A stretch of DNA of 64,000 bases from Octopus vulgaris (Eukaryota): the NCBI GenBank assembly GCA_951406725.2, contig OX597842.1:6572001-6636000 (forward strand). The letters are read 5' to 3'. Made by a program: the position numbers and the translations under genes. Each line of letters opens with the position of its first letter. The first letter of the stretch is position 1. Positions 13,093 through 26,729 of this stretch are shown here, piece by piece. Below the pieces are notes generated by a model, which was not told where the DNA came from, ran no database searches, and saw only the letters and a program-made list of their open reading frames with translations.

Positions 13093-14042
13093 CTTTATAT
13101 ATATAAAATTGAGAATGTGTGTCTGGCTGTCTGTCTGTCTGTATGTTTCCCTAAAACTTGAGAACTACACAACCAATTTCATTCAAATTTTACACATGCG
13201 TTACTTAGAGTCCATGTAGTTTCATGGGCAAAAAAAATGTTCAACTTCTTGCCTAGAGCGAGCCCATAGCAATATCATATCTTCTCCACTATTTCAGTAT
13301 TACGTGTTAAAAGTGAAACAAAAACGTTTCTCTATTTTATGTCAGATACTTTCACTTTAACAATAAAAATAATAATAACAATTGAATTATATGTAGTAAG
13401 AATTAAAATCAAACTAAAGTAACATAACAAAAGTAAAAATAGCAATTAGTATAAAATGATTTGAACTTGAATAAGTGGTTTCACATGAATGGGAATAAAT
13501 TAAAAATAAAATTGGCCTGCAGAAATGGAATAGTCCAGATGGATAATAAAAAATTAAATTAAAGAAAAGACTATTGTCTATAAAGTATACAATGTAGAGA
13601 AAAAAGAAGATTTGAACACCTGGAGGAAAGCACCTTCAAAAAGTGTCTTGGTGCGACTATGAAAGATATCTAATCAGGAACAGTAAATTCGCCACAATAG
13701 AAGCAAGGTTCGAGTCAACGGAGCGTGCAAGGGAGTACTCCACTCGAACTTGCAAAGTGGAAATATTTTATTTTTACCTTTATATCTGGGACGTAGGACG
13801 TCCTGGAAAAAAATTTTAAATGCACCCCGAAGTAGAGGTAGGCTTGATTGTAGCCACACTTCTATACAAGAGGGATAACAAGATACAATTGATCGAAATT
13901 GCAAGAGACAGGCTAACAATTCCAGTCTGTTATATATTTTGAGTATTGTTATCACTAGCGATATCAAGATATAACTTTGTATTTTGTATTTTATGTGTAG
14001 ATGTATATATGTAGATGTACATGTAATATGTACACATATATC

Positions 14043-14430
14043 TCTTTTACTCTTTTACTTGTTTCAGTCATTTGACTGCGGCCATGCTGGAGCACCGCCT
14101 TTTTAATCGAGCAACTCGACCCTGGGACTTATTCTTTTGTAAGCCCAGTACTTATTCTATCGGTCTCTTTTGCCGAACCGCCAAACACACTAGCATCGGT
14201 TGTCAAGCAATGCTAGGGGGACAAACACAGACACACAAACACACACACGCATATATATATATATACATATATACGACAGGCTTCTTTCAGTTTCCGTCTA
14301 CCAAATCCACTCACAAGGATTTGGTCGGCCCGAGGCTATAGTAGAATCCACTTGCCCATAATCCCATGCAGTGGGAATGAACCCAAAACCATGTGGTTGG
14401 TAAGCAAGCTACTTATCACACCATCACTCA
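14043..14430 (-). mobile_element. SINE family A
   Basis: Reverse-complement copy with an internal deletion. Confidence 0.85.
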
Positions 14431-15012
14431 TATGCCTATTTAGGTCACTTGTTGTTCATCTGAACTTTCTGTGATACAGCTGGGGTCAGAAGTTGAGTGG
14501 AAACTCATCCATCACTTTTTGACAGGACAAAGAAATTTTTCCCAAAGAAGTCAAACAATACAAATGTATGTGAAATTGAAAATGCCTGATTTGGTTTGTG
14601 CTTCAAGGAAGATTCAGAAAATGTATATACTGTCATTTGCAAACAAATGAATATTTGTCAAAAACAGGTGACGGGGAAAGAAATGGAAAATGTAAAGCAG
14701 TGTTTAGAGTTGGTTTGTGCAACCCACTAGAGGTCTAAGTTGTCTTTCAATGGTGCAACACATGAAAGTATGAGGGGAGCATGTGTGTGTAAGCATGCAG
14801 GTGTGATAACATTGAGTAAGACGTTTTTAAAACAAAGCAAAACATATGTGCATGCAAGAAAATGTAATCTATAATACATTAAAAGTCAGTTGGAATCTTT
14901 CTTGCTTGCAATGTTACTCAGCCAAACTGGTGCATAATGGGAAAATATTATGAATTAAGTTTACCCTGAAATATTAATATGAACGGGATGAAACAAGTTT
15001 CTCTTTTACTCT

Positions 15013-15810
15013 AGCATTCTCTAGGGGGCTAGTGGAGGGAAAGTGCAATGATGTTTTCAGGGAAACTCTGGGCATTGATGAAGATCAACTAACCGGTCTG
15101 TTTTTGAGAACTTTCAGGCTTGGGCCTATGGATAACTTCCAGAAATCCTTTGCCTGGCAGTGCTACCAAGGAGCACTGCCTGTTTGGGATAAACTTTGCA
15201 GGCATGGAAGTGCCATCAGCCGGGCCTGCCCGAGGTGTACCCAGAACGATGAAACCGTTCTGCACACCCTAGTCCAATGCCCAAGTATTGCTGACCTGTG
15301 GGTTTATGTTGAACACCTGCAATTGCAAGGGGGATGGATCTGGCTATCAGCTGAATCCATTCTAAAGATTTCCCCACCCTCTTTTGGCTGAGAGGGGCAG
15401 GCAATTTTTATTTGTCAAGTAACGAAAATGGTGGACCCATTTGAAAGGGCTAAAAACAGATACTTTCCTCTTTGGCCAACCCCTCATCAACTTTTTCAAG
15501 TTTCACTTCAAAAAGGAAGTTGAGAGTGGAGAGGAAAGTGTTGCCTTGTAGCAAGTCTGTTGAAAGGTGGGTGAATGTAGGAAGAATGGCCAGTGTTAAA
15601 GGACTAATTCTGAGCATGCACCTTTTGTGGGTTTTTCCATGAGGTCCTTAAAGCACTTCCCCTATTGGGAGTTTTAAATTGTTTATTTTATAATTGTTAT
15701 TTATATTTACACATTGTAAAACCCATTGAATCGTCCTGTTTTTGTCTTTTATATTGTTGTATGTCTTTTAATGTAATTTTATGTGAGCCCTTGTGGCCAA
15801 TAAAAGAATT
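15013..15810 (+). mobile_element. L1/Tx1-like LINE 3' fragment
   Basis: zf-RVT-like motif SFAWQCYQGALPV...CPRCTQNDETVLHTLVQC; AATAAA near 15799. Confidence 0.7.
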
Positions 15811-16143
15811 AATTATTATTTTTATTATTATTATTATTATTATTCTATATTTGACTTTTGCTTTACATTTGCACAAGCTGGCTTCAATTCTCACCCAGAG
15901 ACCTCAAAAGACAAGTTGGAAGTTCATGTTGGTGTTATGCCTAGTGTGCCATATATTTGGTTTTGTACTAGTGAATGTCTAAAAAAAAAACATACAAAAA
16001 TTATGTTTGTTTTAAACCTTGAGATTACATAGAAAGTATTTTGCGTAGGATATGGGCACTTCCCATGAGCACTATCTTTTAAATTTCTGCCATTTTGGGG
16101 TTTCCTGGTATCTGAGTTAGGTAGCAATCATCCCCTTTTGCTA

Positions 16144-16185
<42 letters not shown>

Positions 16186-16252
16186 ATTATCATTATCATC
16201 ATCATTATTATCATCATCATCATCATCATCATCATCATTATTATTATTATTA
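16144..16252. repeat. (ATT/ATC)n microsatellite
   Basis: Direct observation. Confidence 0.95.
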
Positions 16253-16681
16253 ATCTAAACAAGTGCAGGAATAGAAAGAAATGAAACTGAAAATGCACAG
16301 AAAATACATTACAATTTAATTCTATTTTAAGACATAGGATACACTTGACTGGTTTCACAGTCATGAATTATGTCTATTCTTGTTGCCGTTCTAAAAATTT
16401 TGTTTTTAAAGTAGGAATGTGGTTCAGGATGTATTGCTCAATGTTCATGATTGGTCAATGTTCATGTATTGTGCTTATGTGACAGTTTTATGAGATGACT
16501 GCATAAAAGCTTTTCTCCATTGAATACGTCACATGGCCGGATAGAGAGGTATGCATTAGTGATACACTTGAATGGTTTTTGGCTAATAATTCTAACAGGT
16601 CAAACTGCTACGTTTATACTTATGTACATACATACTTACATGTATACATACAAGCACATACACATGCATGTGCATGCAAAA

Positions 16682-16734
<53 letters not shown>

Positions 16735-17356
16735 TATGAAGGGCTTCGTTCAGTTTCTGTCTACCAAATCCACTCACAAGGCTTTGGTCGGCCCGAGGCC
16801 ATAGTAGAAGACATTTGCCCAAGGTGCCACACAGTGGGACTGAACCTGGAACCATGTGGTTGGCAAGCAAGCTACTTACCACATAGCCACCCTATTTTTA
16901 TTATTATTATTATAATGTGAATTAACGTATTACATATAATTTACTTTGTGAAATGGTTTTGTAGAACAAAATTTTCTCTAATAGTTAGGAGTTTTAGTTA
17001 TGTAGTATTACATTTAAGTATATACTTTTAATATTAATTGATATTTTGGTTAATTCTATAAGTGAGTGTAATGTTAAATCTATATATACTATGTATAAAT
17101 TAATAATATAGTAAGTTTAAATAATAGGTGTGTATATATTTGAACCATTTTCTATTTTTAATTCTTGTAGTCATAGTTTGTACTAGCATTATGTATATAA
17201 GTTAGAATGAAGTTTTTTTTAGTATATATTACTTAATTAGACTAAGATTTAACTTAGATGTTTATTAAATAAATAAATAAATTAATTAATAATTTAATTT
17301 AATTTATATAGATTAAATCATAGTATTTTAGTTTTCACTTAATGTATATTTTGTAC

Positions 17357-17414
<58 letters not shown>

Positions 17415-17418
<4 letters not shown>

Positions 17419-17600
17419 TTCCTGTCAAGAGTCCCAGATGAACCTACCTCACAGCAAGAGGTGCAAATGAGAGTAGCTATATCAAACTCCATTCTTCACC
17501 AAGTGCCACATATTAGACGAGGTTCGTCGTAATAACAGTGTAGCACAAAACGGCGGTGCATCAGCAAGGCCGCAGCTCTGAGCTGAAACTAGAAAAAAAA
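17415..17600 (+). mobile_element. LINE 3' end (CR1/L2-group-like)
   Basis: Translates as RVPDEPTSQQEVQMRVAISNSILHQ (PDEP...SNSL LINE C-terminal motif) followed by a tail and an A-run. Confidence 0.55.
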
Positions 17601-17614
17601 TATATATATATATA

Positions 17615-18012
17615 CAGGAGTGGCTGTGTGGTAAGTAGCTTGCTAACCAACCACATGGTTCCGGGTTCAATCCCACTGCGTGGTATCTTGGGCAAGTGTC
17701 TTCTGCTATAGCCCCGGGCCGACCAAAGCCTTGTGAGTGGATTTGGTAGACGGAAACTGAAAGAAGCCTGTCGTATATATGTATATATATGTGTGTGTTT
17801 GTGTGTCTGTGTTTGTCCCCCTAGCATTGCTTGACAACTGATGCTGGTGTGTTTACGTCCCCATCACTTAGCGGTTCGGCAAAAGAGACCGATAGAATAA
17901 GTACTGGGCTTACAAAGAATAAGTCCCGGGGTTGATTTGCTTGACTAAAGGCGGTGCTCCAGCATGGCCGCAGTCAAATGACTGAAACAAGTAAAAGAGA
18001 AAGAGTAAAGAG
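17615..18012 (+). mobile_element. SINE family A
   Basis: Family consensus match. Confidence 0.9.
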
Positions 18013-18067
18013 TATATATAATTATTGTTTTAAATATTTTAGTTGTATTTTAATTTTCTAGTAATGA

Positions 18068-18464
18068 CTAGCAGTATCGCCCGGCGTTGCTCGGGTTTCT
18101 AAGGGAAATAACTATATAAGCATTTTTAGAGAGTTATAGCCAAAAAATAGGAAAAAAAATGCATTAAAAATGGAAAAAAAATTAAGGTAAATTTCTTTTT
18201 AAATCGTTGACACATCGTAGATATTTTTAGAGAGTTACTTCCCTTATATAATAGCGAAAAAAATGCATTAAAATGGAAAAATATGATGGTAAATTTTTTA
18301 AATCGTAGACTCATCGTAGACGCGCGCTAATACCCAGAAGGGCTCGATATGACTCACGACTATAAGATACCCGGTTTTGGTTACACTGCACCGCAAAATG
18401 TGGGAGTAGTTAGGAATCTAAATCGTAGGAGACAGACACACAACTTCACTCTTATATATAAAGA
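18068..18464 (-). mobile_element. non-autonomous Helitron
   Basis: Minus strand begins TCTTTATATATAAG and ends with the hairpin CCCGAGCAACGCCGGG followed by CTAG. Confidence 0.75.
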
Positions 18465-19559
18465 TATAAGTCACATAGTTATATACACATACTTTGTTAT
18501 ATACACATTCTTAAAAGAAAATGTTATTTTGAATACAACATTTATAAAGAATACTATTTTTGGGTTTTTCTTAACCCTTTCGTTACTATATTTCTGACCA
18601 AAATACACCCCTTATGTGTTTCAATTAATTTCTAACGTAATCATAAATTTAGTCTGGTTTCATTAAACAACTATAACTTTTTTATTTATGAATATATTAA
18701 TCTGATTTTTGGAAGATAATTTAGTGAAATGTTCTCAACCAATTCTATACTATAATTTTTAGATTAGGTAGATACAGGTAAATTCAACAATATATAAAAT
18801 TATTAAAATTTTGTTCAAACATCGCTATAGAAAATGGGTTATTAGCTAATATTCAATTGGGTATACAAGAAAATTTTACGATAGAATTTGTTATTCTGGG
18901 TAACTTTCTGATACCCATAATAATATTTATGGCAAAATAGGCCTTAATTTAATTTAAGGTTGTGGGAAATAACAAACTATCCTTTCTTTCGCTTTGTTTA
19001 TGTTTAGCGTAATGATTTCAAATAGGCTCATTTGAAAAAGTAAAAAGAAATAGTTTAAGGCTTTATACTCTTCTGGGAAAGTCTGTGGCTTGGTGCAGTT
19101 TCTTCAGAAAAATCACCGAAAGAAACAGTTTTTAAATTTTCACTCCATTCAGGTACCAATTCATTTTCTTAATCGCTGTCGGATTCACTGTTTTCACTTT
19201 AATAGCTGCAAACTTGCAAAGACAAAGGAGGAGAAGGGTGATAGCGTCAGTGAAACAGTCGCTCCCTTTGTGTGTGCGTTTGCGTGTGGTGTATCCCACA
19301 TTAAGAAAAACATTTGACATACACACCAGAATGTGAGTTTTCTCTAAATTTTGCTTAATTGGGGTTGAAATTTTAAAAACCGGACCTGGCATGACCCGAT
19401 GCATTCTACTCTTAAAAATACTAGGTAAATTGTAATTGAAGAAATCCTATATTGTAGATTTCTATAACTTACAAAGGGAGGCAGATAAAATCTGCCTTTT
19501 ATAATAAGAGATATATTATAGTTTGTTATTTTTTTCTTATATAAGTTAAAATTTATTTT

Positions 19560-22085
19560 CATAGATATAATAAATATTTATACCTATTTATCTTAGTTTT
19601 ATTTATGTGGTGTGTGCGAGATAGTCGATATATAAAGGCACCTACCTTCTCTTCGCTCTGGTAGAGACCCTTTAGTGGTAACGGATCCTTCGTCACAGCC
19701 CCGACCCGAACGCTAAAGATAGCAGCTGCTTCACCCAACCTTAGCAACATCTTCACACGTCTTAACACCTCGATGACCATCGTTGGAAAGGCCGAAATCC
19801 CTGCTCCCTGCGCACACCTCATGGCTGCCCCTTCTGGTTTGCCCCAACTTCTGGTCAACGCACCCAGCTGCTGACGTCATCCCACACGCCACCCTGATCT
19901 TAAAGATCACAATCTCTCCGCTCCATGTCATAGTCCACCATCGAACCGGGAGGGCGCCTTGCGTGTCGAGATCTTCTCAAGCTGGGCACCTCGTTCTCCC
20001 CCTCTCCATAATCGTCGTCTGTCGAAGCGACAATCCTGCGAAGGTCCAAGACGTGTCGCGGCATTCCATCCACGGATACGTTGTTTCTGGAATTGACTGC
20101 TGTCACCATTCCTCTGCTCCATTGAGACGTACAGCGTGCCTTTGGTGGCTTAACCCAGACTTCCTCCCCTATTTTCACGCAAACGGGTCCCTTCTCTTCC
20201 TCGTGGCCCTCCGGCGCTTTGCTCGGGTGCCTCCATTCATACTTGAATACAGCTCTCTGCGGCACAGATTCTTCAGCTTGTCTGGATTGGGGAGACAAGT
20301 TGTACCAGAAAACTGCTCCAAGCGGCAAAATGTGCCCTCTTTCCGCTATGGCCTTGACTGTCCGATGGTGCCTCTCCACGATCCCGTTACCGCTTGGCCT
20401 ATACACTGCTCTGAACAAGCGACGCACATTCCACCGATCAAGCATAACCCTCAATGCTTCCGAACGAAACGCCGCCCCGTTGTCCATCAGTAGTTCTTCC
20501 ACGGGGCCTCTCTCTAAAAATATCCCATTCAGGATCTGCACGATCTCGTCAGCAATGCCCGTTCTTAACTCCCTCCAAATGGCCAGCCGGCCTGGCCCGC
20601 AGTCGACCATGGAGAGGTACATTCCCTGACGGTAGTGTGTCACATCCACAGCTAGCCTTTTCCAGTTCTGCTCCACCGAAAGGCTTCCCTGTTTATGCCT
20701 ACACGGAGCAGGGTCGATGGACTGACACCTGTCGCAGCTCCCGACCACCTTCCGGATGCTTCTCCTAGTGACGTCAGCATCAATTTTCTTCGCCAGATAC
20801 AGGGTCCTGTCCACACCCAGGTGATGCATAGCATGCAGTCTCTTCAGTTCGCAGTCATCCAACCGACACGCCGCAGCTATCCCTTTCCGGGCCTCCTCCG
20901 GTTTTTCCAACTACGCTCTTTTCACCCTGGTCAGTGCGTCCGAACTTCAGTCCGAACTCGGCGATCAATTCACCTAGAACTCCTAGACGGCACTTCACTA
21001 ACATCTCCACGGCACCTTTCGTCCGCACTCTCCTTTCACCGGTGATCACCGATCCTACCCAGCCAAGCACAGTGGCCGAATCTGGCCGGATTTCAATTGT
21101 GCGCAGCCCCCATTTCAGGGCCAAGTTCACCCCTTTCAGCACCGCGTCTAATTCGGCGACATTGATGTGGTTGAAATCATCTGCTTTCCAAAGCCAGGCC
21201 ACGTCCTTCACCGCAGTACCTTCGATTGCCAACACCACCCCTATCGCTATACTGCTAGCATCACACCAGACGGTCCCGCATTCCGTCTTGGGCAGGTACC
21301 AGTTTCCCCTGACCAGGTCTTCCGCTCTCATCCTCTCTAGGATTTCCTGCATCATCGCCACCATCCCTTCTCCCACCTTGTTGCCCCAACTCTCCCCCTC
21401 CACTCATCACTTGGTGTAACTACAAGCCGTGCATAGCCATCCGGCGATCGGGTAGTGACCGACCAACTTCCCACACACCGAGAACAGCTCTCTCCTGCTG
21501 ACGCTGGAACTCAGCTCTGGGATTTCATTCCCTCTCCAGAACACCAATTCACCCAATCTATCTCTTTGCAGCTTCAGCCCCAGCGCGGCTCCTCCTTCCA
21601 TCGACTCCGGTGGCTTTGCAATCAGCCCAAACTTCTCCAGATGTCTAACAACCTCGTTGGCTGGCACTACAGTTTCGTCCACCAAAATGTCATCAATGTA
21701 GGAGCTGGTGGCCTTTCTAATCTTGCCGTCTTTCCCTAGGACGGACTTAAGCACTGCCGCCATGATCTTCAGCCCGAAACCCAGCCTCGTTAAACAGTAC
21801 GTCCGGCCTTTGTACCGCACCAGCTGATATTGCCACAGTTTGTGGCTCACATGGAGCTGCAAGTATGCCGATTTCAAGTCAACAGTCGTCGCTGCCTTGG
21901 TCGACTGTCTCTACGCACGTAACGTCTTGCCACAAACGTCTGTCACCTCACCTCCTGTGTGACATGATATGTGCTGGTTTAGCTCCCTGAAGTCCAACAC
22001 CGGTTTGACTTTTCCCTTCATAGGCTGCACCACCACCATCAGGGGTAGCACTCCGCCCGTTACCTCCTCCTTCCAAGGGACAAGG
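19560..22085 (-). mobile_element. Gypsy LTR retrotransposon remnant (RT-RNaseH-integrase, probable 3' LTR ~19560-19886)
   Basis: RT (DLKSAYLQ, LGFGL, SYIDDILV), RNase H (WCDASS, HINVAEL) and integrase (HHCC, AVDVT, LMDNG, NGIVER) in Gypsy order, with stops and frameshifts. Confidence 0.92.
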
Positions 22086-22422
22086 ACCCATTTGTTATGA
22101 TATTTTGTGTTTAAATTTTATGATATATTATTGTATTTTGTTTGATTTTTATAGTAAAATTACTATAATCCCGAACCATGGGGTTTTTGTATGCAAGCTA
22201 CTTACCACACAGCCATACCTAAATAATTTTAAAACAGTAAATATATTGTAGAAGCAAGATAAGTTTCAGTGGGATGGTATGAAAAGGATGGCCTTTCAAT
22301 GGTGTTTGTAAGTGCAGTGAACTGAAACAAAGGAAGGCTTCATTGTGAAAGATCTTTCATGGCTGAGTGATTTGGGAGTGGTTTTTAGAAGCTGTATTTT
22401 ATTTCTAATTTTATTATTAACC

Positions 22423-22840
22423 AGAGTGGCTGTGTGGTAAGTAGCTTGCTTACCAACCACATGGTTCTGGGTTCGGTCCCACTACATGGCACCTTGGGCA
22501 AGTGTCTTCTGCTATAGCCTCAGGCCGACCAAAGCCTTGTGAGTGGATTTGGTAGATGGAAACTGAAAGAAGCCCGTCGTATATATATATATATATATAT
22601 AAACATATATATATGTGTGTGTGTGTGTGTGTTTGTGTGTCTGTGTTTGTCACCCCAACATCTCTTGATAACCGATGCTGGTGTGTTTACGTCCCAGTAA
22701 CTTAGCAGTTTGGCAAAAGAGACTGATAGAATAAGTACTTGGCTTACAAAAAATAAGTCTTGGGGTCGATTTGCTCGATAAAGGCAGTGCTCCAGCATGG
22801 CCACAGTCAAGTGACTGAAACAAGTAAAAGAGTAAAGAGA
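22423..22840 (+). mobile_element. SINE family A
   Basis: Family consensus match. Confidence 0.85.
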
Positions 22841-23256
22841 GCCCTATCTGGTGGCTTTTAAGCTAGGTCCTGAGGAGGGTTTATCAGTAGACCCTGGGCC
22901 CAATAATGACACTTCATGCATTGAGTACGTATTAAATTTTATTAAACTTCAGCAATATTTTTCAAGCAGTGAACAATTTTCATGAAAACCATGACTTAAT
23001 TTGTTGATTTGGAACTTATTGCAAAGCTGCATGATAAACGTCAGTACCACCACCATCGCCACCACATCTGCCATACACACACCATGCAGACTTCTGATGC
23101 CACCACCATCAATACCTTCGACTTCGTCGCCTTCTCCCCCATCACCATCTGCACTGTCTTTCACATTGTTTACTTTCACTTCATCCTCAGCTACCACCAT
23201 CACCATCATCATCACTACCGCCTCTGTCTCTATCACAGCTACAGCTCATGCTATTA

Positions 23257-24727
23257 CCTATTTCTTTACTACCCACAAGGGGCTAAACACAGAGGGGACA
23301 AACAAGGATAGACAAAGGGATTAAGTCGATTACATCAAACCCAATGCATAACTGGTACTTAATTTATCGACCCCAAAAGGATGAAAGGCAAAGTTGACCT
23401 CGGCGGAATTTGAACTCGGAACGTAATGGCAGATGAAATACCTATTTCTTTACTACCCAGAAGGGGCTAAACACAGAGGGGACAAACAAGGATAGACAAA
23501 TGGATTAAGTCGATTACATCAACCCCAATGCATAACTGGTACTTAATTTACCGACCCCAAAAGGATGAAAGGCAAAGTTGACCTCGGCGGAATTTGAACT
23601 CGGAATGTAATGGCAGATGAAATACCTATTTCTTTACTCCTCAGAAGGGGCTAAACACAGAGGGGACAAACAAGGATAGACAAATGGATTAAGTCGATTA
23701 CATCAACCCCAATGCATAACTGGTACTGAATTTACCGACCCCAAAAGGATGAAAGGCAAAGTTGACCTCGGCGGAATTTGAACTCGGAACGTAATGGCAG
23801 ATGAAATACCTATTTCTTTACTACCCAGAAGGGGCTAAACACAGAGGGGACAAACAAGGATAGACAAATGGATTAAGTCGATTACATCAACCCCAATGCA
23901 TAACTGGTACTTAATTTATCGACCCCGAAAGGATGAAAGGCAAAGTTGACCTCGGCGGAATTTGAACTCAGAACGTAATGGCAGATGAAATACCTATTTC
24001 TTTACTACCCAGAAGGAGCTAAACACAGAGGGGACAAACAAGGATAGACAAATGGATTAAGTCGATTACATCAACCCCAATACATAACTGGTACTGAATT
24101 TACCGACCCCAAAAGGATGAAAGGCAAAGTTGACCTCGGCGGAATTTGAACTCGGAACGTAATGGCAGATGAAATACCTATTTCTTTACTACCCAGAAGG
24201 GGCTAAACACAGAGGGGACAAACAAGGATAGACAAATGGATTAAGTCGATTACATCAACCCCAATGCATAATGGGACTTAATTTATCGACCCCGAAAGGA
24301 TGAAAGGCAAAGTTGACCTCGGCGGAATTTGAACTCAGAATGTAATGGCAGATGAAATACCTATTTCTTTACTACCCAGAAGGGGCTAAACACAGAGGGG
24401 ACAAACAAGGATAGACAAATGGATTAAGTCGATTACATCAACCCCAATGCATAACTGGTACTTAATTTATCGACCCCAAAAGGATGAAAGGCAAAGTTGA
24501 CCTCGGCAGAATTTGAACTCAGAACGTAATGGCAGATGAAATACCTATTTCTTTACTACCCAGAAGGGGCTAAACACAGAGGGGACAAACAAGGATAGAC
24601 AAATGGATTAAGTCGATTACATCAACCCCAATGCATAACTGGTACTGAATTTACCGACCCCAAAAGGATGAAAGGCAAAGTTGACCTCGGTGGAATTTGA
24701 ACTCGGAACATAGAGGCAGATGAAATA
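23257..24727 (-). repeat. 8 x 184-bp tandem array derived from a Nin/Deu-domain-like tRNA SINE
   Basis: CCTATTTCTTTACT recurs at 23257, 23441, 23625, 23809, 23993, 24177, 24360 and 24544; the minus strand has GAGTTCAAATTCC (B box) and GCCTTTCATCCTTTCGGGGTCGATAAATTAAGTACCAG; dispersed relatives near 44895-44980, 49995-50100 and 51470-51555. Confidence 0.9.
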
Positions 24728-24902
24728 CTGCTAAACATTTCTGCCAGCTTTTAATAGCTCATACCATTACCATTACCAAAAGGCTAAATGTGTGTTCATT
24801 CAGTATGTTACTTCAGCCTGTTAGTTCAGTGGTCAATCCCTCTTTCTATCACATACCCTCTCTTCCTCTCTTATTATTACTCCAACTGCCACCATCAACC
24901 CT

Positions 24903-25218
24903 CTCTTTACTCTTTTACTTGTTTGTCATTTGACTGCGGCCATGCTGGAGCACCGCCTTTAGTCGATCAAATCGACCCCAGGACTTATTCTTTGTAAGCC
25001 CAGTACTTATTCTATTGGTCTCTTTTGCCGAACCGCTAACTGACGGGGACGTAAACACACCAGCATCGGTTGTCAAGCAATGCTAGGGGGACAAACATAT
25101 ACATATATATACATATATACGACGGGCTTCTTTCAGTTTCTGTCTACCAAATCCACTCACAAGGCATTGGTCGGCCCAGGGCTATAGCAGAAGACACTTG
25201 CCTAAGATGCCACACAGT
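24903..25218 (-). mobile_element. SINE family A, interrupted by microsatellite
   Basis: Family consensus match. Confidence 0.85.
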
Positions 25219-25277
25219 GATGGTGATGATGATGATGGTGATGATGATGATGATAATGGTGATGATGGTGGTGGTGG

Positions 25278-25321
<44 letters not shown>

Positions 25322-25328
25322 GTGGTGA

Positions 25329-25362
<34 letters not shown>

Positions 25363-25375
25363 GGTGGTGATGATG

Positions 25376-25406
<31 letters not shown>

Positions 25407-25469
25407 GGATGGTGGTGGTGGTGGTGATGGTGGTGGTGGTGATGATGATGATGATGATGGTGATGATGA
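25218..25469. repeat. (GAT/GGT)n microsatellite
   Basis: Direct observation. Confidence 0.95.
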
Positions 25470-25519
25470 ATTGTTACTGGGTTCGTTAATAATTTATTTA
25501 CAATTCAGTTTTGGGGGCA

Positions 25520-26729
25520 CAGGCATGGCTATCTGCTAAGAGATAAGATGTTTACTTGCCAACTACATGGTTCCAGGTTCAGCTTCACTGTGTGGCACCT
25601 TGGGCAAGTGCCTTCTACTGTCACCTTTGTCTGACCAAAGATTTGTGAGTGGATTTGGTAGACGGAAACTGAAAGAAGCTGAATAAAAAGCATCTGTGCC
25701 ATAGAAAAAGCATCCAGTATATTTAGTAAAGTGATTGGCATTAGGTAGGGCACTCAACCATAAAGAAAACTTGCCAAAAGAGACACAGGAGTGGCTGTGT
25801 GGTAAGTAGCTTGCTTACCAACCTCATGGTTCCATGTTCATTCCCACTGCGTGGCACCTTGGGCAAGTGTCTTCTACTACAGCCTTGGGCTGACCAAAGC
25901 CTTGTGAGTTGATTTGGTAGACGGAAACTGAAAAGAAGCCCATTGTATATATGTATATTTAGATAATTTTTTTCTGAAAAGAAGCCCATTGTATATATGT
26001 ATTTCTCTTTCTCTCTTTCTCTTTTACTTGTTTCAGTCATTTGACTGCGGCCATGCTGGAGCACCGCCATTAGTCGATCAAATCGACCCCGGAACTTATT
26101 CTTTGTAAGCCCAGTACTTATTCTATTGGTCTCTTTTGCTGAACCACTAAGTGGCGGGGACGTAGACACACCAGCATCGGTTGTCAAGCAATGCTAGGGG
26201 GACAAACACAGACACACAAACACACACATATATATATATATAATATATATATATATATATACATATATACGACAGGCTTCTTTCAGTTTCCGTCTACCAA
26301 ATCCACTCACAAGGCATTGGTCAGCCCGGGGCTATAGCAGAAGACACTTGCCCAAGATGCCACGCAGTGGGACTGAACCCGCAACCATGTGGTTGGTTAG
26401 CAAGCTACTTACCACACAGCCACTCCTTCGCCTATATATATATATCATTTTTATTTTTTTATTTTTATCATTTTATCTAGTTCCAGCTCATGAGCTGTGG
26501 CCATGCTGGGGCACCATGTGTGTGTGTTTGTGTGTTTATGTTTGTCCCCGCAACATCTCTTGTCAACCAATGCTGGTGTTTTTACGTTCCCATAACTTAG
26601 CGGTTCGGCAAAAGAGACCGGTAGAATAAGTACTAGGCTTACAAAGAATAAGTCCTGGGGTCGATTTGCTTGACTAAAGGCGGTGCTCCAGCATGGCCAC
26701 AGTCAAATGACTGAAACAAGTAAAAGAGT
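25520..26729. mobile_element. Cluster of nested/fragmented family A SINEs in both orientations (full minus copy ~26015-26432)
   Basis: Consensus matches at 25520-25680 (+), 25786-25945 (+), 26015-26432 (-) and 26520-26729 (+). Confidence 0.8.

Noticed and set aside
19783-21739. Plus-strand ORFs up to 236 aa
   Set aside because: Antisense to GC-rich Gypsy pol with no recognisable domains
23257-24727. CRISPR array or retrozyme array
   Set aside because: Units are wholly repeated with no unique spacers, there are no cas genes, and I found no hammerhead core on either strand
25070-25539. Poly-Met/Val and poly-Asp/Gly ORFs
   Set aside because: Translations of a (GAT/GGT)n microsatellite; the same applies to the YI/ER-rich ORFs over (TA)n and (GA)n tracts
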